A stretch of DNA of 64,000 nt from Minisyncoccia bacterium (lineage in GTDB: Bacteria > Patescibacteriota > Minisyncoccia > Phycocordibacterales > UBA1006), in assembly GCA_044229075.1 (NCBI GenBank), contig JBGATS010000001.1, positions 275 through 64,274 of the forward strand, in the 5' to 3' direction. Positions 1 through 9,912 of this stretch are shown piece after piece. The first letter of the stretch is position 1; every line of letters begins with the position of its first letter. Under the pieces are notes generated by a model. The model saw nothing but the letters and a program-made list of their open reading frames with translations. It was not told the DNA's origin and did not search any database. The position numbers and the translations under genes were made by a program.

Positions 1-85
1 AATCGCAGTATATCACTTTTTTCCCACCATTTCTAGATCTTTTCAAGATAAAAAGATTTGCTATACTGTATCAAAATTCTTTTAA

Positions 86-1060
86 ATGAAAACACATTAT
101 GTTAGGGTGCTGGCGTTGATATTCGCGTTGGCATTCTCTTGTGCACATGCGCAAGTAAAACCAGGGGTCGGAATTGGAACCGACAATCCGACAGGAGCCC
201 TGCTCCACATTGCTAATCCAGACTCTGTTGCAATGCCGTCGTTACGACTGGATTCAATTCCAAACATTTCACTCTCAACCTTGCGATACTTTCTGGCAGT
301 GGATACAGGTGGCAGGATTGTGGGGAAAGTTTCAGCAGATAGTATAGTAAAGAAGAAGCCAGAAATGGTTCCGGCTAATAATATTTGTTATGGATCAAAT
401 ATCTATTATCCGCTTTATAACAATTCCGATAATCTTTATATTGTAGTTACTAATAGTGCTACTGTTTGTTTTTATTCAGAATCATATGGACTTCAAAGGT
501 GTAGTTTAGATACCTTACTCGGGTATCCTGGTGCAACGTCTCTTAATTTAAGTGGTGCTTGTATTATTAATGGTAATGTTTATTTACTGATTAGAGGATA
601 TGTCTCAAGTATACCTCAAATGAAAGTAATCAAATTACCAATATCATCCTTTAATCATTCGTCAAGGCAAGAAATGATTTTTACAGGTGGAACTCTTGAT
701 GGAACATCATATATTCCCTATATGTCAGGAAATGGTAACTACCTTTATTTTAATTATAATGGCGGTTATGCTGGGAGTAATAATCTGATGGCAAAATACC
801 AAATATCAGGAGGAAATTTGAATAAAGTAACTACCATCACTTTATCAGGCACTATTGCTAGTTATAGTTATTTCCACATAAAAGACGATCAAACAATATG
901 GATATGTGATGTATCAAATCCGTTGAGAGTTTTTGACCAAACAGGGTCACTTATAAAAACATATCTATTTAATTATTACTTGCGAACAAATTCGATAAAT
1001 TGGAATAATACTTTTTATTGGTTAGGGGATGGTTTTTTACAAAAATTAAATATTTTTTAA
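86..1060 (+). CDS. hypothetical secreted protein (N-terminal signal peptide, N/Y/G-rich)
   Basis: ORF with MKTHYVRVLALIFALAFSCAHA signal-like N-terminus; no recognisable domain. Confidence 0.45.
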   Translation: MKTHYVRVLALIFALAFSCAHAQVKPGVGIGTDNPTGALLHIANPDSVAMPSLRLDSIPNISLSTLRYFLAVDTGGRIVGKVSADSIVKKKPEMVPANNICYGSNIYYPLYNNSDNLYIVVTNSATVCFYSESYGLQRCSLDTLLGYPGATSLNLSGACIINGNVYLLIRGYVSSIPQMKVIKLPISSFNHSSRQEMIFTGGTLDGTSYIPYMSGNGNYLYFNYNGGYAGSNNLMAKYQISGGNLNKVTTITLSGTIASYSYFHIKDDQTIWICDVSNPLRVFDQTGSLIKTYLFNYYLRTNSINWNNTFYWLGDGFLQKLNIF

Positions 1061-1066
1061 TCTTAA

Positions 1067-1092
1067 TCCAGGCATTTGCCTGGATTTTTTTA
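1067..1092 (+). terminator. rho-independent terminator (tccaggcatttgcctgga + T-run)
   Basis: perfect hairpin immediately after stop at 1060 followed by TTTTTTT. Confidence 0.6.
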
Positions 1093-1105
1093 TAAAAATT
1101 TCCCA

Positions 1106-1136
1106 AAACAAAAAACCCTTTCGGGTTTTTTGTTTT
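1106..1136. terminator. bidirectional hairpin terminator (aaaaccctttcgggtttt)
   Basis: A-run/hairpin/T-run just downstream of minus-strand gene ending at 1146. Confidence 0.55.
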
Positions 1137-1145
1137 CTTACTAGA

Positions 1146-3050
1146 TTATCGGTTAATTCCGAAGTACCCAGTTTGGTAAGTGTTAGCAGGTGTAAGAACT
1201 TGTTCAGTTGAAGTTCCAGCTGTAAGAGCTGCATCAACGAATGTTCGAATAGCTTCTGCTTGAACACGGAACTGAGCCTGAGCAGTACCAGTAGTTCCAC
1301 TTACAATTACAGTAAGAGTGAAATTACGAGTAGCACCAGAATCAACACGGTATGCAGAACCTTCTACTGGAGCATCATTTGAAGTAAATGTTGCATTAGC
1401 AGCAGTTGCTACAGCAGTACCAGTTGAGTCTTCGATACGGTATGCGATTGACTGAGCAGTAGTTGTAGTAGCTGCTTCAGCTGCAACCTGTGCAAGATAT
1501 ACACTTGAATCAAATGCTTTTACAGCAACTGGAATAGTGTAAGTTCGTGAAAGAACTTCACCGAGTTGGTTTGTAGTAGCAGTTGATGTAGCAGATCCCA
1601 TAGTTACTTGAACTCCTTCTGATCGTAGAGTCATATCAGCACCGTTAAGTGATCCTGTTCGGTTAGATACAGTGTCACCCATAGCATTGTCAAGTTCTAC
1701 AGTCATAGTAGATGAATCAACAGAAGCTTTAACCATGTCTCCATTATCAAGATCTGTTGAAGCAATTCCTGTGTTTTCAATATCATTTAGGTCAGCTTTA
1801 ACTTCGAATTTAACAGTTGCGTTTGATGCAATTGCGTAGTTAAGTTTAGTTGAGTTTCCAAATGTGAATGTTGCAGAAGCTGTTCCAGCTCCAGCAGTAG
1901 GAATTGATTCAGTAGCGAGAAGTGTTCCATTAGCGTAAAGTTTTACTGATTTAACAGCAGCTTCAACGTTTGGAGTTACACCATCAGCAAGACCGATAGT
2001 TGTAGCAACTACAACTGGTACACGTTGTACTTTCATAGCAGCGTTTTCAGCTTTCGCGTCAAATGCAGCAAGGAGTACATCGTTAGTATCAGAAGTGTTA
2101 GAAACTTGAACTGTCTGAGCAAGTGGGTTACTTGATGCAGTAGTTACTTTGAATTTCTGATCAGATGACACTGTTCCAGCTTTTTGAAAGTCCATAGTAG
2201 ACTGCGCAATAGCTGATCCGTAATCACGGTATCGTCCGTTTGGAGATACAGCAGAAACGAAGTTAGCAGTTCCAGATACAGATGTACCTACGTTAACTTT
2301 CCAAGCTTCAGCTGAAGCATCAGTAGAGTCGATAGAAGTGTTTCCAGATACAGCGATCAAGATTTGACCTTTTGCATCACGTGCAACAGTTCCGTTCATA
2401 CCAGTGAATCGATATACGTATACATCGTTAGCATCATCAGAGTATGAAGAAACTGATTTGCGTCCGATTTCTTTTCCATCTAACCATACAGAAATATCAG
2501 ATGCATATCGGATGAATTTTGCATTTGAAAGTCCTGCAGGAGTATTTTGGAATGAAACTACAAGTCCGTCGATTTTTTGATCAGCGTCACGAGCAGTAAC
2601 TTCGAATCCGTAAACAACTTTATCTTTATCTCCTTCCATGATCTTAGTACTGTTGTAAGAACCAAGTTTGTTAACGGAAGTTAAGATACCTTCAGCTCCT
2701 GAAGTTACAGTTGAAGTAGTAGTTGTAGTAGTTGTAGTAGTTGTAGTTCCAGCACAGTGAGCTACCAAAGCAGCTTTTGTCATTGGACCTACCAAACCAT
2801 CAGCTGAAAGAGCTTTTGAAACTTGGAAAGCTTTAACACCTGCCAAAGTTCCAGAACCGAAAACTCCGTCTTCTACTAATGATTGTCCAGCACATGCGTT
2901 AAGGTTCATTTGAAGAGCCTTAGCGTACATACCAGTTGAACCTTTTTTCAAGGTTGTTGTTCCCATATCTTGTGCAGTTGCTGCTGATGCTGTGAAAGCA
3001 AAAGCCATAGCAAACATTGCAAGAGATGAGATAATGAATTTGTTTTTCAT
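1146..3050 (-). CDS. cell-surface protein: signal peptide, peptidoglycan-binding (PG_binding_1-like) domain, poly-Thr linker, large beta-rich repeat body
   Basis: Likely true start MKNKFIISSLAMFAMAFAFTASAATA at 3050 (ORF track extends to 3182). It has an LKKGSTGMYAKALQMNLNACAG...GLVGPMTKAAL motif typical of PG-binding domains, followed by a TTTTTTTTTTTS linker. Confidence 0.6.
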   Translation of the reverse strand: MKNKFIISSLAMFAMAFAFTASAATAQDMGTTTLKKGSTGMYAKALQMNLNACAGQSLVEDGVFGSGTLAGVKAFQVSKALSADGLVGPMTKAALVAHCAGTTTTTTTTTTTSTVTSGAEGILTSVNKLGSYNSTKIMEGDKDKVVYGFEVTARDADQKIDGLVVSFQNTPAGLSNAKFIRYASDISVWLDGKEIGRKSVSSYSDDANDVYVYRFTGMNGTVARDAKGQILIAVSGNTSIDSTDASAEAWKVNVGTSVSGTANFVSAVSPNGRYRDYGSAIAQSTMDFQKAGTVSSDQKFKVTTASSNPLAQTVQVSNTSDTNDVLLAAFDAKAENAAMKVQRVPVVVATTIGLADGVTPNVEAAVKSVKLYANGTLLATESIPTAGAGTASATFTFGNSTKLNYAIASNATVKFEVKADLNDIENTGIASTDLDNGDMVKASVDSSTMTVELDNAMGDTVSNRTGSLNGADMTLRSEGVQVTMGSATSTATTNQLGEVLSRTYTIPVAVKAFDSSVYLAQVAAEAATTTTAQSIAYRIEDSTGTAVATAANATFTSNDAPVEGSAYRVDSGATRNFTLTVIVSGTTGTAQAQFRVQAEAIRTFVDAALTAGTSTEQVLTPANTYQTGYFGINR

Positions 3051-3484
3051 ATCTTGTTTAAATTTATGGTTAACAATTAAAATTATAATTTTAATTACCT
3101 GTATATCCAGTAGTAGTGGATAGTCAGATGATTGTTGTATGCGTACACAGAACGTCGTGTGTACAGAACCAACCAATGTCATCGAGACCGACTAGAGAGT
3201 TTGATTCATGGTGGCATACCCACCCGCGGTAATGATCCTGTTTTATAGGACGATCACTACCGCGTGCGGTGTTCGAGACGATGTCGAGACCATAGTCCGA
3301 ATATGCGGTACAGTATATCATAGAAAAAGAAAAAATGTCTATATTTATAAGAAATAATCTCTCAAGGACATGTTTTTCATTTGTAATGATGCTGACCTCT
3401 ACCCATACAGACGATTCTCGGGGAAAAATCTTACACGGAAACTGTTTTTATAATACCAGATATTCATCTATGTGGAGGGGTCGT

Positions 3485-4441
3485 TTAGCTGTTTTTCATA
3501 GCCAACATATAGACTGCCCATCGCTTTTCACCCTCGCGAGTTAATACGCCATGATGAATGAGTTCCTGTAAATCACGTTGAATAGTTTTTTCGCTACATC
3601 CATTTATATTTTCTGATATGTCTTTTATGGTGACACGACCCTTTGATCGAATGGTTCGCATAATAGCGTCACGGCGGTCTTTTTTATCCTCTCCAGAAGT
3701 AACCGGAGATTTTTTTGAAAGTGAGAAATTTTGGACAAAGAGGTCTTGTGGTTTTTTAACAGAAGATTGTTGTGTATTATGTTGTCCTTCATGATTTGGT
3801 AATGTCTTTTGTTCGCGATTACTCATCTGATGTGTTGATGGTTTTTCCTGAATATCTTTGTCTTTTATTGATTGGTCAATTTTCTGGTGATCTGATTTTT
3901 CTGAATATGTCCGTAATGATGGCGTTTCTGAAAAGAGTTGTTCAATTGAAATTTCTGATCTGTCCGTAATTGGTGCAGTAGCCCGAAATGGATATTCCAC
4001 CTGTCCGATACAATAGGTTTCGATACGATTAGTAAAAAATTCACGAACACGATCAAGTTCCGCTGCGAGGATTTCGTGATTCATGGGCGAGATAATTCCT
4101 GCAGCCGCACACCATTGTTGGTATTGAGCGATCTGTCGCATTCCAGTAGTAATCATTCTGATATCAGACACCGTCGCCTGTTCTGGGTGATATTCTACCT
4201 CATGAATAATAGACATGGTGGTAATTGCCTGTTGTACCCATGACTGTGTGAGGGTCTCATAATCAGTTGCAACCGCGCTAATCATAATGATGGCTTCGGT
4301 AATTTTTCCCATACGGACACTCATATGTGCTAATAATTCTGGTACAGTCGTTATCACAGACTCAACGACAGAGGAAGAATGTGGGAGGTTTTTCATATCA
4401 TGTATGATACAAAAATTACCCAAAAAGTCAAGGACATACAC
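3485..4441 (-). CDS. hypothetical protein with C-terminal DeoR-like winged HTH
   Basis: C-terminal ...RVTIKDISENINGCSEKTIQRDLQELIHHGVLTREG resembles DeoR-type HTH. A Q/S/K-rich disordered linker precedes it. Start may be the internal MKNLPHSS. Confidence 0.4.
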   Translation of the reverse strand: MYVLDFLGNFCIIHDMKNLPHSSSVVESVITTVPELLAHMSVRMGKITEAIIMISAVATDYETLTQSWVQQAITTMSIIHEVEYHPEQATVSDIRMITTGMRQIAQYQQWCAAAGIISPMNHEILAAELDRVREFFTNRIETYCIGQVEYPFRATAPITDRSEISIEQLFSETPSLRTYSEKSDHQKIDQSIKDKDIQEKPSTHQMSNREQKTLPNHEGQHNTQQSSVKKPQDLFVQNFSLSKKSPVTSGEDKKDRRDAIMRTIRSKGRVTIKDISENINGCSEKTIQRDLQELIHHGVLTREGEKRWAVYMLAMKNS

Positions 4442-4609
4442 CAGTTGAAACCATTCATAACAGGTGGTAGATAGTATAAAAACGACATGGAATTATGTAT
4501 CAAGGAAACGCTTAATAATAGGTCGCTTTTATTATGGTGAACAAAGGGTTTATGCTACACTCAATCTATTATTGATTACCAGTGTAATTATTTTCCAACC
4601 TATCTTTTT

Positions 4610-6847
4610 ATGGCAAAAAAAATCCCCGAAAAAAAATCTGACCGTATAAAAAAAGAAGTCCCTGAGACATCAGTAAACCCTCTTTTTCTGAAAATCATTG
4701 GTGCTGCCATCCTCTTTATTCTTGGATTTCTGTTCATTCTCGGAATTATTGGATCGGGTGGGAGTGTTGGCGGGTTTCTCTATACAAAAATCGCACTGGG
4801 ATTGTTCGGTTATCTGGGGATTATTGTTCCTGCGTTATGTATCTATGGATCTCTCCTAATCCTCTTTCCTGAAAAATTCCGTGTCCATTGGAGCGATTGG
4901 GTTACTGGCGTCCTTTTATTATTAATCAGTACTGGGTTATTAGAACTCTTTGTTCCGTCGATGTCACTCGGGGGTGCACTGGGAGGTGTTATAGGACACA
5001 TCTGTTCACAACTCTTTTCTCGTATCGGGGGAATATTTGTCCTTTTTATTTCGGGAATTATTGCAACACTCTTCCTCCTCAGAAATTCATTATCCGTAAC
5101 CGACTGGTTTCACCGTATTGTTGATACAGAAACATACGACGATTCAGAGGATTCCTACTGGGAAGAGGAAGAAGAACCTATCTATGAGGAAGTACCTGTC
5201 CCTGAAAAACCGGAAACACCCTCTGATCACGTATTTGAAATGTCCTTGAAAGAAACTGAAAAGCTTACCAAAGAAAAACCCGCCCCAGAAAAGGATGAAA
5301 CCCCAAACCTCTCGGTAGAGCCGATTCAATTCTCTGACGATTATACATTGCCACCGTTGTCCCTCTTGTCAAAAAGTGCTGGGAAACCGTCTGTAGGCGA
5401 CATCCGTGCCCGTGGTAATGTGATTAAACAAACCCTGGCAAATTTTGGAATCGATGTAGAAATGGACGAAGTTTCTGTTGGACCAACGGTAACACGGTAT
5501 GCAATGAAACCAGCCCAAGGGGTAAAACTGGCGCGTATTGTGGCGTTGAAACAAGATCTCGCGCTCTCACTCGCAGCACATCCGTTACGTATCGAGGCTC
5601 CTATCCCTGGAAAATCATTAGTGGGAATCGAAATTCCTAATATCAACAAATCATCGGTTGGATTGGGAAGTCTATTGGATAGTGATGAATTCCAAAGCTC
5701 ATCTGAACGATTATTGGTAGCACTTGGGAAAGGGGTTACTGGAAAATCCTACTATTATAATATTGCAAAAATGCCCCATCTATTGATTGCAGGTACTACC
5801 GGATCAGGAAAATCAGTAACGGTACACAACCTGATCATGTCGCTCCTCTATCGAAACACTCCTGACGAATTACGGCTGATCATGGTTGATCCAAAACGAG
5901 TAGAACTCACCCTGTATAACGATATTCCCCACTTGCTCACCCCAGTGATCAAGGAACCAAAGAAAGCGGTCCTCGCATTAAAATGGGCAGCAAAAGAAAT
6001 GGAACGACGCTATGACCTCTTGGAACAACATCGTGTTCGCGATATCAAGTCGTACCATGAAAATGTCGTCTACCCTGCATACGCATCAGCTGATGGCGAA
6101 GATGCAGAATCGCTGCCAGAAAAAATGCCGTATATTGTTGTCATTATCGACGAGTTGGCTGATATCATGCAAGCCTATCCACGCGAATTAGAGTCGGCAA
6201 TTGTTCGTCTGGCGCAAATGTCCCGAGCAACAGGAATTCACTTGATATTGAGTACCCAGCGTCCGTCGGTAAACGTTATTACCGGACTCATCAAGGCAAA
6301 CATTCCATCGCGATTAGCACTCCAGGTTGCAAGCCAAATCGATTCGCGAACTATTCTGGATACCCCGGGTGCAGAATCATTGCTGGGACGTGGTGATATG
6401 TTGTTCCAGGGTGCCGATATGTCAAAACCAGAACGTATGCAGGCAGCAAACATTCCCGAGGATGAGATCAAAAACATTGTTGCCTTTATCAAGAAAAAGA
6501 ATCCTCGACTCTCTGATCATATTATTATGAGTGAAACCCTCGAGGATGAAAAATCAATTGTTGGTATTAATTTTGATGATGATGTTGACAATGATGATCC
6601 GTTATATGAAGATGCAAAACGAGCTGTTGTTGAAGCAGGAAAAGCTTCGACCAGTTATTTACAACGAAAGCTCAAGGTTGGTTATTCACGCGCAGCACGG
6701 TTAATCGACCTGTTAGAAGAAAATGGTGTTGTTGGACCAGCAGACGGTGCAAAACCTCGGGAAATACTCTCTGGGAATCGACCTTCCCATACCTCTGAAT
6801 CAGTGTTAGATGATGAGGGATTGTTTGAGTCAAGTGATGAAGTGTAG
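4610..6847 (+). CDS. ftsK: DNA translocase FtsK/SpoIIIE
   Basis: N-terminal TM segments, Walker A GTTGSGKSV, C-terminal gamma winged-helix (YLQRKLKVGYSRAARLIDLLEENGVV). Confidence 0.9.
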   Translation: MAKKIPEKKSDRIKKEVPETSVNPLFLKIIGAAILFILGFLFILGIIGSGGSVGGFLYTKIALGLFGYLGIIVPALCIYGSLLILFPEKFRVHWSDWVTGVLLLLISTGLLELFVPSMSLGGALGGVIGHICSQLFSRIGGIFVLFISGIIATLFLLRNSLSVTDWFHRIVDTETYDDSEDSYWEEEEEPIYEEVPVPEKPETPSDHVFEMSLKETEKLTKEKPAPEKDETPNLSVEPIQFSDDYTLPPLSLLSKSAGKPSVGDIRARGNVIKQTLANFGIDVEMDEVSVGPTVTRYAMKPAQGVKLARIVALKQDLALSLAAHPLRIEAPIPGKSLVGIEIPNINKSSVGLGSLLDSDEFQSSSERLLVALGKGVTGKSYYYNIAKMPHLLIAGTTGSGKSVTVHNLIMSLLYRNTPDELRLIMVDPKRVELTLYNDIPHLLTPVIKEPKKAVLALKWAAKEMERRYDLLEQHRVRDIKSYHENVVYPAYASADGEDAESLPEKMPYIVVIIDELADIMQAYPRELESAIVRLAQMSRATGIHLILSTQRPSVNVITGLIKANIPSRLALQVASQIDSRTILDTPGAESLLGRGDMLFQGADMSKPERMQAANIPEDEIKNIVAFIKKKNPRLSDHIIMSETLEDEKSIVGINFDDDVDNDDPLYEDAKRAVVEAGKASTSYLQRKLKVGYSRAARLIDLLEENGVVGPADGAKPREILSGNRPSHTSESVLDDEGLFESSDEV

Positions 6848-6894
6848 TATACTATTACCAAGAATAATCGTGAGCAAAAAAACGTGTTTTATTT

Positions 6895-7287
6895 ATGCAA
6901 AAAAAATCTCACAAAAAAGTCTTCTACGCCCTGATTCCAGGAATGATTCTCTTGGCTGGTTTTATTGTGAGTCGTATTGTCCCTATTATTCGAGGATCCC
7001 ATATCACTCTGGACACCAATTTCCAAGGAGCCGAGATTACGCAACCAGATATTGTGTTGTCAGGAACTGTTTCTGATACGAAAAAATTTTCTCTCAATGG
7101 AACACCTATCCCCCTCTCTCCTGATGGAACTTTTTCTCAAAAGGTACTCCTCCAACCTGGTTATAATATGATTACTTTTGACACTACGGATACCCTGGGT
7201 AAAGAAAAGAAAGAAAGTTATGCGCTCCTCTTACAAGAAACAGATACAGGAACCTTTGCATTGTCAAGTATCCCGAATCAGAATTAA
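6895..7287 (+). CDS. hypothetical membrane-anchored protein
   Basis: single N-terminal TM helix; followed by hairpin terminator. Confidence 0.4.
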   Translation: MQKKSHKKVFYALIPGMILLAGFIVSRIVPIIRGSHITLDTNFQGAEITQPDIVLSGTVSDTKKFSLNGTPIPLSPDGTFSQKVLLQPGYNMITFDTTDTLGKEKKESYALLLQETDTGTFALSSIPNQN

Positions 7288-7312
7288 GCACGTTACTGCG
7301 TGCTTTTTTGAT
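7286..7312 (+). terminator. rho-independent terminator (aagcacgttactgcgtgctttttt)
   Basis: hairpin + T-run directly after stop. Confidence 0.6.
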
Positions 7313-7342
7313 AACAAAAATACTTGACTTTATAAGTGTAAT

Positions 7343-7627
7343 ATGCTACAATTAATTCATAAAATTAAAAATATGGCAGAAAAAATAGGTATTACCTTTA
7401 ATTTGAAACCAAATATCGCAGTAACGGTTTCACTGACTCGAGGTGCGTATGATCTTTTGGAACAAATAAAACCTTCAGGATTATTAAGTACTCCAAAACA
7501 AGCAACCCTTGGAGAAGACCACAATATGCAACTCTTGATTGAAAAATCGTTAGTTGAGAAAGTAAAAGGGGCAAAAAATACTTTTTACCAATTAACTACA
7601 TTTGGTAAAAAATTAGTTAATTATTAA
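7343..7627 (+). CDS. hypothetical small protein
   Basis: 94-aa ORF followed by hairpin terminator 7638-7672. Confidence 0.35.
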   Translation: MLQLIHKIKNMAEKIGITFNLKPNIAVTVSLTRGAYDLLEQIKPSGLLSTPKQATLGEDHNMQLLIEKSLVEKVKGAKNTFYQLTTFGKKLVNY

Positions 7628-7637
7628 AAATATTTCC

Positions 7638-7672
7638 TCAAGAGGGTACCCTACTCTTTTGAGGTTTTTTAT
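7638..7672 (+). terminator. rho-independent terminator (cctcaagag...ctcttttgagg + T6)
   Basis: hairpin followed by TTTTTT. Confidence 0.55.
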
Positions 7673-7712
7673 TACTTCCCTGTTTTTAAATTACTTGGTA
7701 TACTTTATTCAT

Positions 7713-8813
7713 ATGCCTAAAAAAGTAACAAAACCAAAAAAAGAAAGTGGTGGTGATTTGGATGGAACATTAAAAATGATCCAGACGAAATTCGGTGAGG
7801 GTGCAATTATGAAATTAGGAGACGCCCCAAAGGTTGATATCGGAGTGGTGCCAACTGGGTCAATCGGGTTAGACGCAGCGCTGGGTATCGGAGGTCTTCC
7901 TCGTGGACGTGTTATCGAAATTTTTGGACCGGAATCATCTGGTAAAACAACATTAACACTCCATGTGATTGCAGAAGCACAAAAAAACGGTGGTATTTGT
8001 GCATTCATCGATGCAGAACACGCACTGGATCCAGAATATGCGAAAAAACTTGGTGTGAATATTAACGAATTACTCATTTCACAACCAGATACGGGTGAAC
8101 AAGCACTCGAAATTTGTGAAGCATTGGTTCGTTCTGGAAAAATCGATGTGGTGGTAGTAGACTCGGTAGCGGCACTCACCCCAAAAGATGAAATCGAGGG
8201 TGATATGGGTGCGCACCATGTGGGAAAACAGGCGCGATTAATGTCTCAAGCTCTCCGCAAATTAACTGCGATTTCAAGTAAAAGTAAAACGGCGATTATC
8301 TTTATCAACCAGATCCGTATGCAGATCGGCGTGATGTTTGGGAACCCAGAAACCACCCCAGGTGGAAAAGCGTTGAAATTCTATTCGTCAGTACGATTGG
8401 ATATCCGAAAAACTGCGCAGATCAAAAAAGGAGAAGATGTCGTCGGTGCACGAACAAAAGTAAAAGTAGTGAAAAACAAAGTTGCCGCACCGTTCAAAGT
8501 AACCGAATTCGATATTATCTATAACGAGGGAATTTCCATGGAAGGCGAGATGCTCGCACTCGGTGAAAAATTTGGCATCATTGGAAAATCGGGAGCAAGC
8601 TTCAGTTATATGGAAAAAGGTAAAGATGGCAAAGAAGAGAAAATATCTCTTGGTCGAGGATATGACGCAACGCGTCAGTTCCTCCGAACAAAAGAAGGAA
8701 AACAAATTCGTGATAAAATCTTGAAAGAAATTACTACACGAATCAAAAATGATGGATTATCGTTTACTGCATCTCCATCTGAATCTGATGAAGGAGCCGA
8801 GTCTGAAGAATAA
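7713..8813 (+). CDS. recA: recombinase RecA
   Basis: [20 protein letters not shown] Walker A and [18 protein letters not shown] match RecA; start placed at the MPKK ATG (7713) rather than the upstream ORF-track ATG. Confidence 0.93.
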   Translation: MPKKVTKPKKESGGDLDGTLKMIQTKFGEGAIMKLGDAPKVDIGVVPTGSIGLDAALGIGGLPRGRVIEIFGPESSGKTTLTLHVIAEAQKNGGICAFIDAEHALDPEYAKKLGVNINELLISQPDTGEQALEICEALVRSGKIDVVVVDSVAALTPKDEIEGDMGAHHVGKQARLMSQALRKLTAISSKSKTAIIFINQIRMQIGVMFGNPETTPGGKALKFYSSVRLDIRKTAQIKKGEDVVGARTKVKVVKNKVAAPFKVTEFDIIYNEGISMEGEMLALGEKFGIIGKSGASFSYMEKGKDGKEEKISLGRGYDATRQFLRTKEGKQIRDKILKEITTRIKNDGLSFTASPSESDEGAESEE

Positions 8814-8816
8814 TAA

Positions 8817-8846
8817 AAAACCGCAATTGCGGTTTTTTATTATTTA
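8817..8846 (+). terminator. rho-independent terminator (aaaaaccgcaattgcggtttttt)
   Basis: perfect hairpin + T-run after recA stop. Confidence 0.7.
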
Positions 8847-9028
8847 TTAATTTTATTTAGAATCCAATCTTTAACAGTTATTTTTTTATACCCACCCGCA
8901 CAAGAGCCCTCCACAAAACCGCAATTAGGATAAAAAACGTACTCTCCTTTTATAAAAGGTACTTTAAAAACAAAATATGCTATAGCAAAGACTGCGGTCA
9001 AGGTAAAGAATTGTTTTTTGTATTTCAT
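8840..9028 (-). CDS. hypothetical small membrane/secreted protein (62 aa, 3 Cys)
   Basis: hydrophobic N-terminus; weak. Confidence 0.25.
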   Translation of the reverse strand: MKYKKQFFTLTAVFAIAYFVFKVPFIKGEYVFYPNCGFVEGSCAGGYKKITVKDWILNKINK

Positions 9029-9105
9029 ATATATCTATTATATCACAAGAAGTGAATCACAACTAATACAATTACATGTCTGTTTCTATATTATTGATCA
9101 ATTGG

Positions 9106-9690
9106 TTAGTTCTTCTCCACTCGTTCATAATATTCACCTGTATCCGTGTTCACACGGACAACATCACCTTCATTGATAAACAATGGTACGGTGATTTCTG
9201 TTCCATTTTCCAGAACGACTACCTTTGATGCACCTTGTGCGGTATTCCCTTTTACTGCTGGCGCTGCCTCTTTTACTTTCAAATCCATTTTTACCGGAAT
9301 CGCAAGTCCAATGATTTGTTCGTTATCGTCGTCGTCAGTAAACACTACAGCGTTGTAGGTACCATTTGGAAGAATCCATTTTACCGTATCACCCAATGTA
9401 TCACGGGAAATAGTAAATCGATCTGCAGGCTTGCCATCATAATGGAACCAATATTCCCCTTTTGATTCAAAAATGAATTTTACAGGAAGTTTCCGCATGT
9501 CTGCCTCGTCAACCTTATCAGTTGCCTGAAATGATACTTCGACCACACGTCCCGTGATCAGGTTACGCAATTTTGTTGCGTTTACCGGTTTGCGCATTTG
9601 TTTACGAAACACGTGCGAAGTCAACACTTCATACGGTTCGTCATCATGGATAATATATTTTCTTGGGACAATTTCGTTATAATCGAGCAT
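9106..9690 (-). CDS. efp: elongation factor P
   Basis: KYIIHDDEPYEVL...KLRNLITGRVVEVSF...KVVVLENGTEITVPLFINEGD matches EF-P OB domains; start placed at MLDYNE (9690). Confidence 0.85.
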   Translation of the reverse strand: MLDYNEIVPRKYIIHDDEPYEVLTSHVFRKQMRKPVNATKLRNLITGRVVEVSFQATDKVDEADMRKLPVKFIFESKGEYWFHYDGKPADRFTISRDTLGDTVKWILPNGTYNAVVFTDDDDNEQIIGLAIPVKMDLKVKEAAPAVKGNTAQGASKVVVLENGTEITVPLFINEGDVVRVNTDTGEYYERVEKN

Positions 9691-9712
9691 ACAATTAGAA
9701 AGAGAAAATATG

Positions 9713-9793
9713 TGAGGTTTGAAAATCTGAGTACCTGCCGGAGCCTGACAAGGCGTGAGGTCGCTTGCGCTACGCAAGATTTGAAAACCTCAT
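9713..9793 (-). promoter_or_regulatory. 81-nt compound stem-loop in efp 5' leader (16-nt imperfect inverted repeat tgaggtttgaaaatct / agatttgaaaacctca enclosing GC-rich sub-hairpins)
   Basis: inverted repeat seen directly; sits between efp start and upstream terminator. Confidence 0.35.
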
Positions 9794-9861
9794 GTATTTT
9801 CCTTAACATGTTAATTTTTAATAATACCTTCTATCCTACCTTTTTTTCATTTTTTTTCAAG

Positions 9862-9891
9862 TAAAAAAGCCGTGCAAGGTTGCACGGCTTC
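9862..9891 (-). terminator. rho-independent terminator (agccgtgcaaggttgcacggct + T-run on minus strand)
   Basis: hairpin just downstream of minus-strand gene ending 9913. Confidence 0.65.
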
Positions 9892-9912
9892 TATTCCAGA
9901 AAACGAGACTTT

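Noticed and set aside
2690-2760. Tandem gtagtagttgtagta nucleotide repeat
   Set aside because: It is simply the coding sequence of the poly-Thr linker (TTTTTTTTTTTS) of the surface protein and is not a CRISPR/VNTR element.
3124-3544. Two ~65-aa ORFs in the leader of the surface protein gene
   Set aside because: They sit in a GC-rich structured untranslated region and have no support.
7709-8179. 156-aa antisense ORF inside recA
   Set aside because: It lies fully within the confidently identified recA on the opposite strand and has a low-complexity translation, so it is a frame artefact.
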